From Nitrosopumilus sp. (GTDB taxonomy: Archaea; Thermoproteota; Nitrososphaeria; Nitrososphaerales; Nitrosopumilaceae), in the NCBI GenBank assembly GCA_965238275.1, contig OZ250186.1, positions 1,664,001 through 1,728,000 of the forward strand: a stretch of DNA of 64,000 nt, given 5' to 3'. The position numbers and the translations under genes are program-made. The notes beneath the pieces are model-generated. The model searched no databases, was not told the DNA's origin, and saw only the letters and a list, made by a program, of their open reading frames with translations. Positions 63,745 through 64,000 of the stretch are shown here, piece by piece; positions within the stretch are counted from its first letter, which is position 1, and every line of letters begins with the position of its first letter.

Positions 63745-63963
63745 TCAGACGCCTTCCTGCAGCGGAGGCGTGTTCCGCCTTATCAGGTGCAGCATGATGC
63801 CTGCAATGAACACCCCGATGCCGCTCAAGCCGATAAACGTGCCTGCATTCTTGACAAATCCCAGAATCGGCTCCGTGTGGCCCCGCTCTATGGGATAAAA
63901 CATGGCCAGCCCCGCCGCAAACATGATAATTCCCGCCATGATGACTGCAGTCTCTCCCTTCAC
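63745..63963 (-). CDS. small membrane protein
   Basis: Two TM segments. Confidence 0.65.
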   Translation of the reverse strand: MKGETAVIMAGIIMFAAGLAMFYPIERGHTEPILGFVKNAGTFIGLSGIGVFIAGIMLHLIRRNTPPLQEGV

Positions 63964-64000
63964 ACCATGGATGCCCCGCCCCGACTAATAACAGTGCACG

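Overview
Archaeal chromosome segment of Nitrosopumilaceae (Thaumarchaeota) type, judged from cdvA, fen, thyX, the futalosine genes mqnE/mqnD, aEF-2, tRNA-Ser(CGA) and a CFI-box-CTERM protein. The backbone is GC-rich and heavily invaded by IS elements: several IS5-family copies (one nested pair), IS66, IS481, an IS630 remnant and MITEs. It also carries toxin-antitoxin modules (AbiEi/AbiEii, HicBA, a split MazEF) and large repeat-containing surface proteins. This pattern suggests a host-associated lineage (inference). The main finding is a 1,666-bp element (60459-62124) encoding only an apparently intact TnpB nuclease. It is bounded by 25-bp terminal inverted repeats and a TA target-site duplication, an IS630/Tc1-mariner-type, Fanzor-like architecture rather than IS200/IS605 hairpin ends. 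It inserted exactly at the overlapping mazE stop / mazF start. Downstream of tnpB it carries a repeat-flanked copy of the neighbouring mazE sequence. Several noisy local duplications and 1-nt frameshifts may be assembly artefacts. All calls come from reading the sequence by eye; no searches were run.
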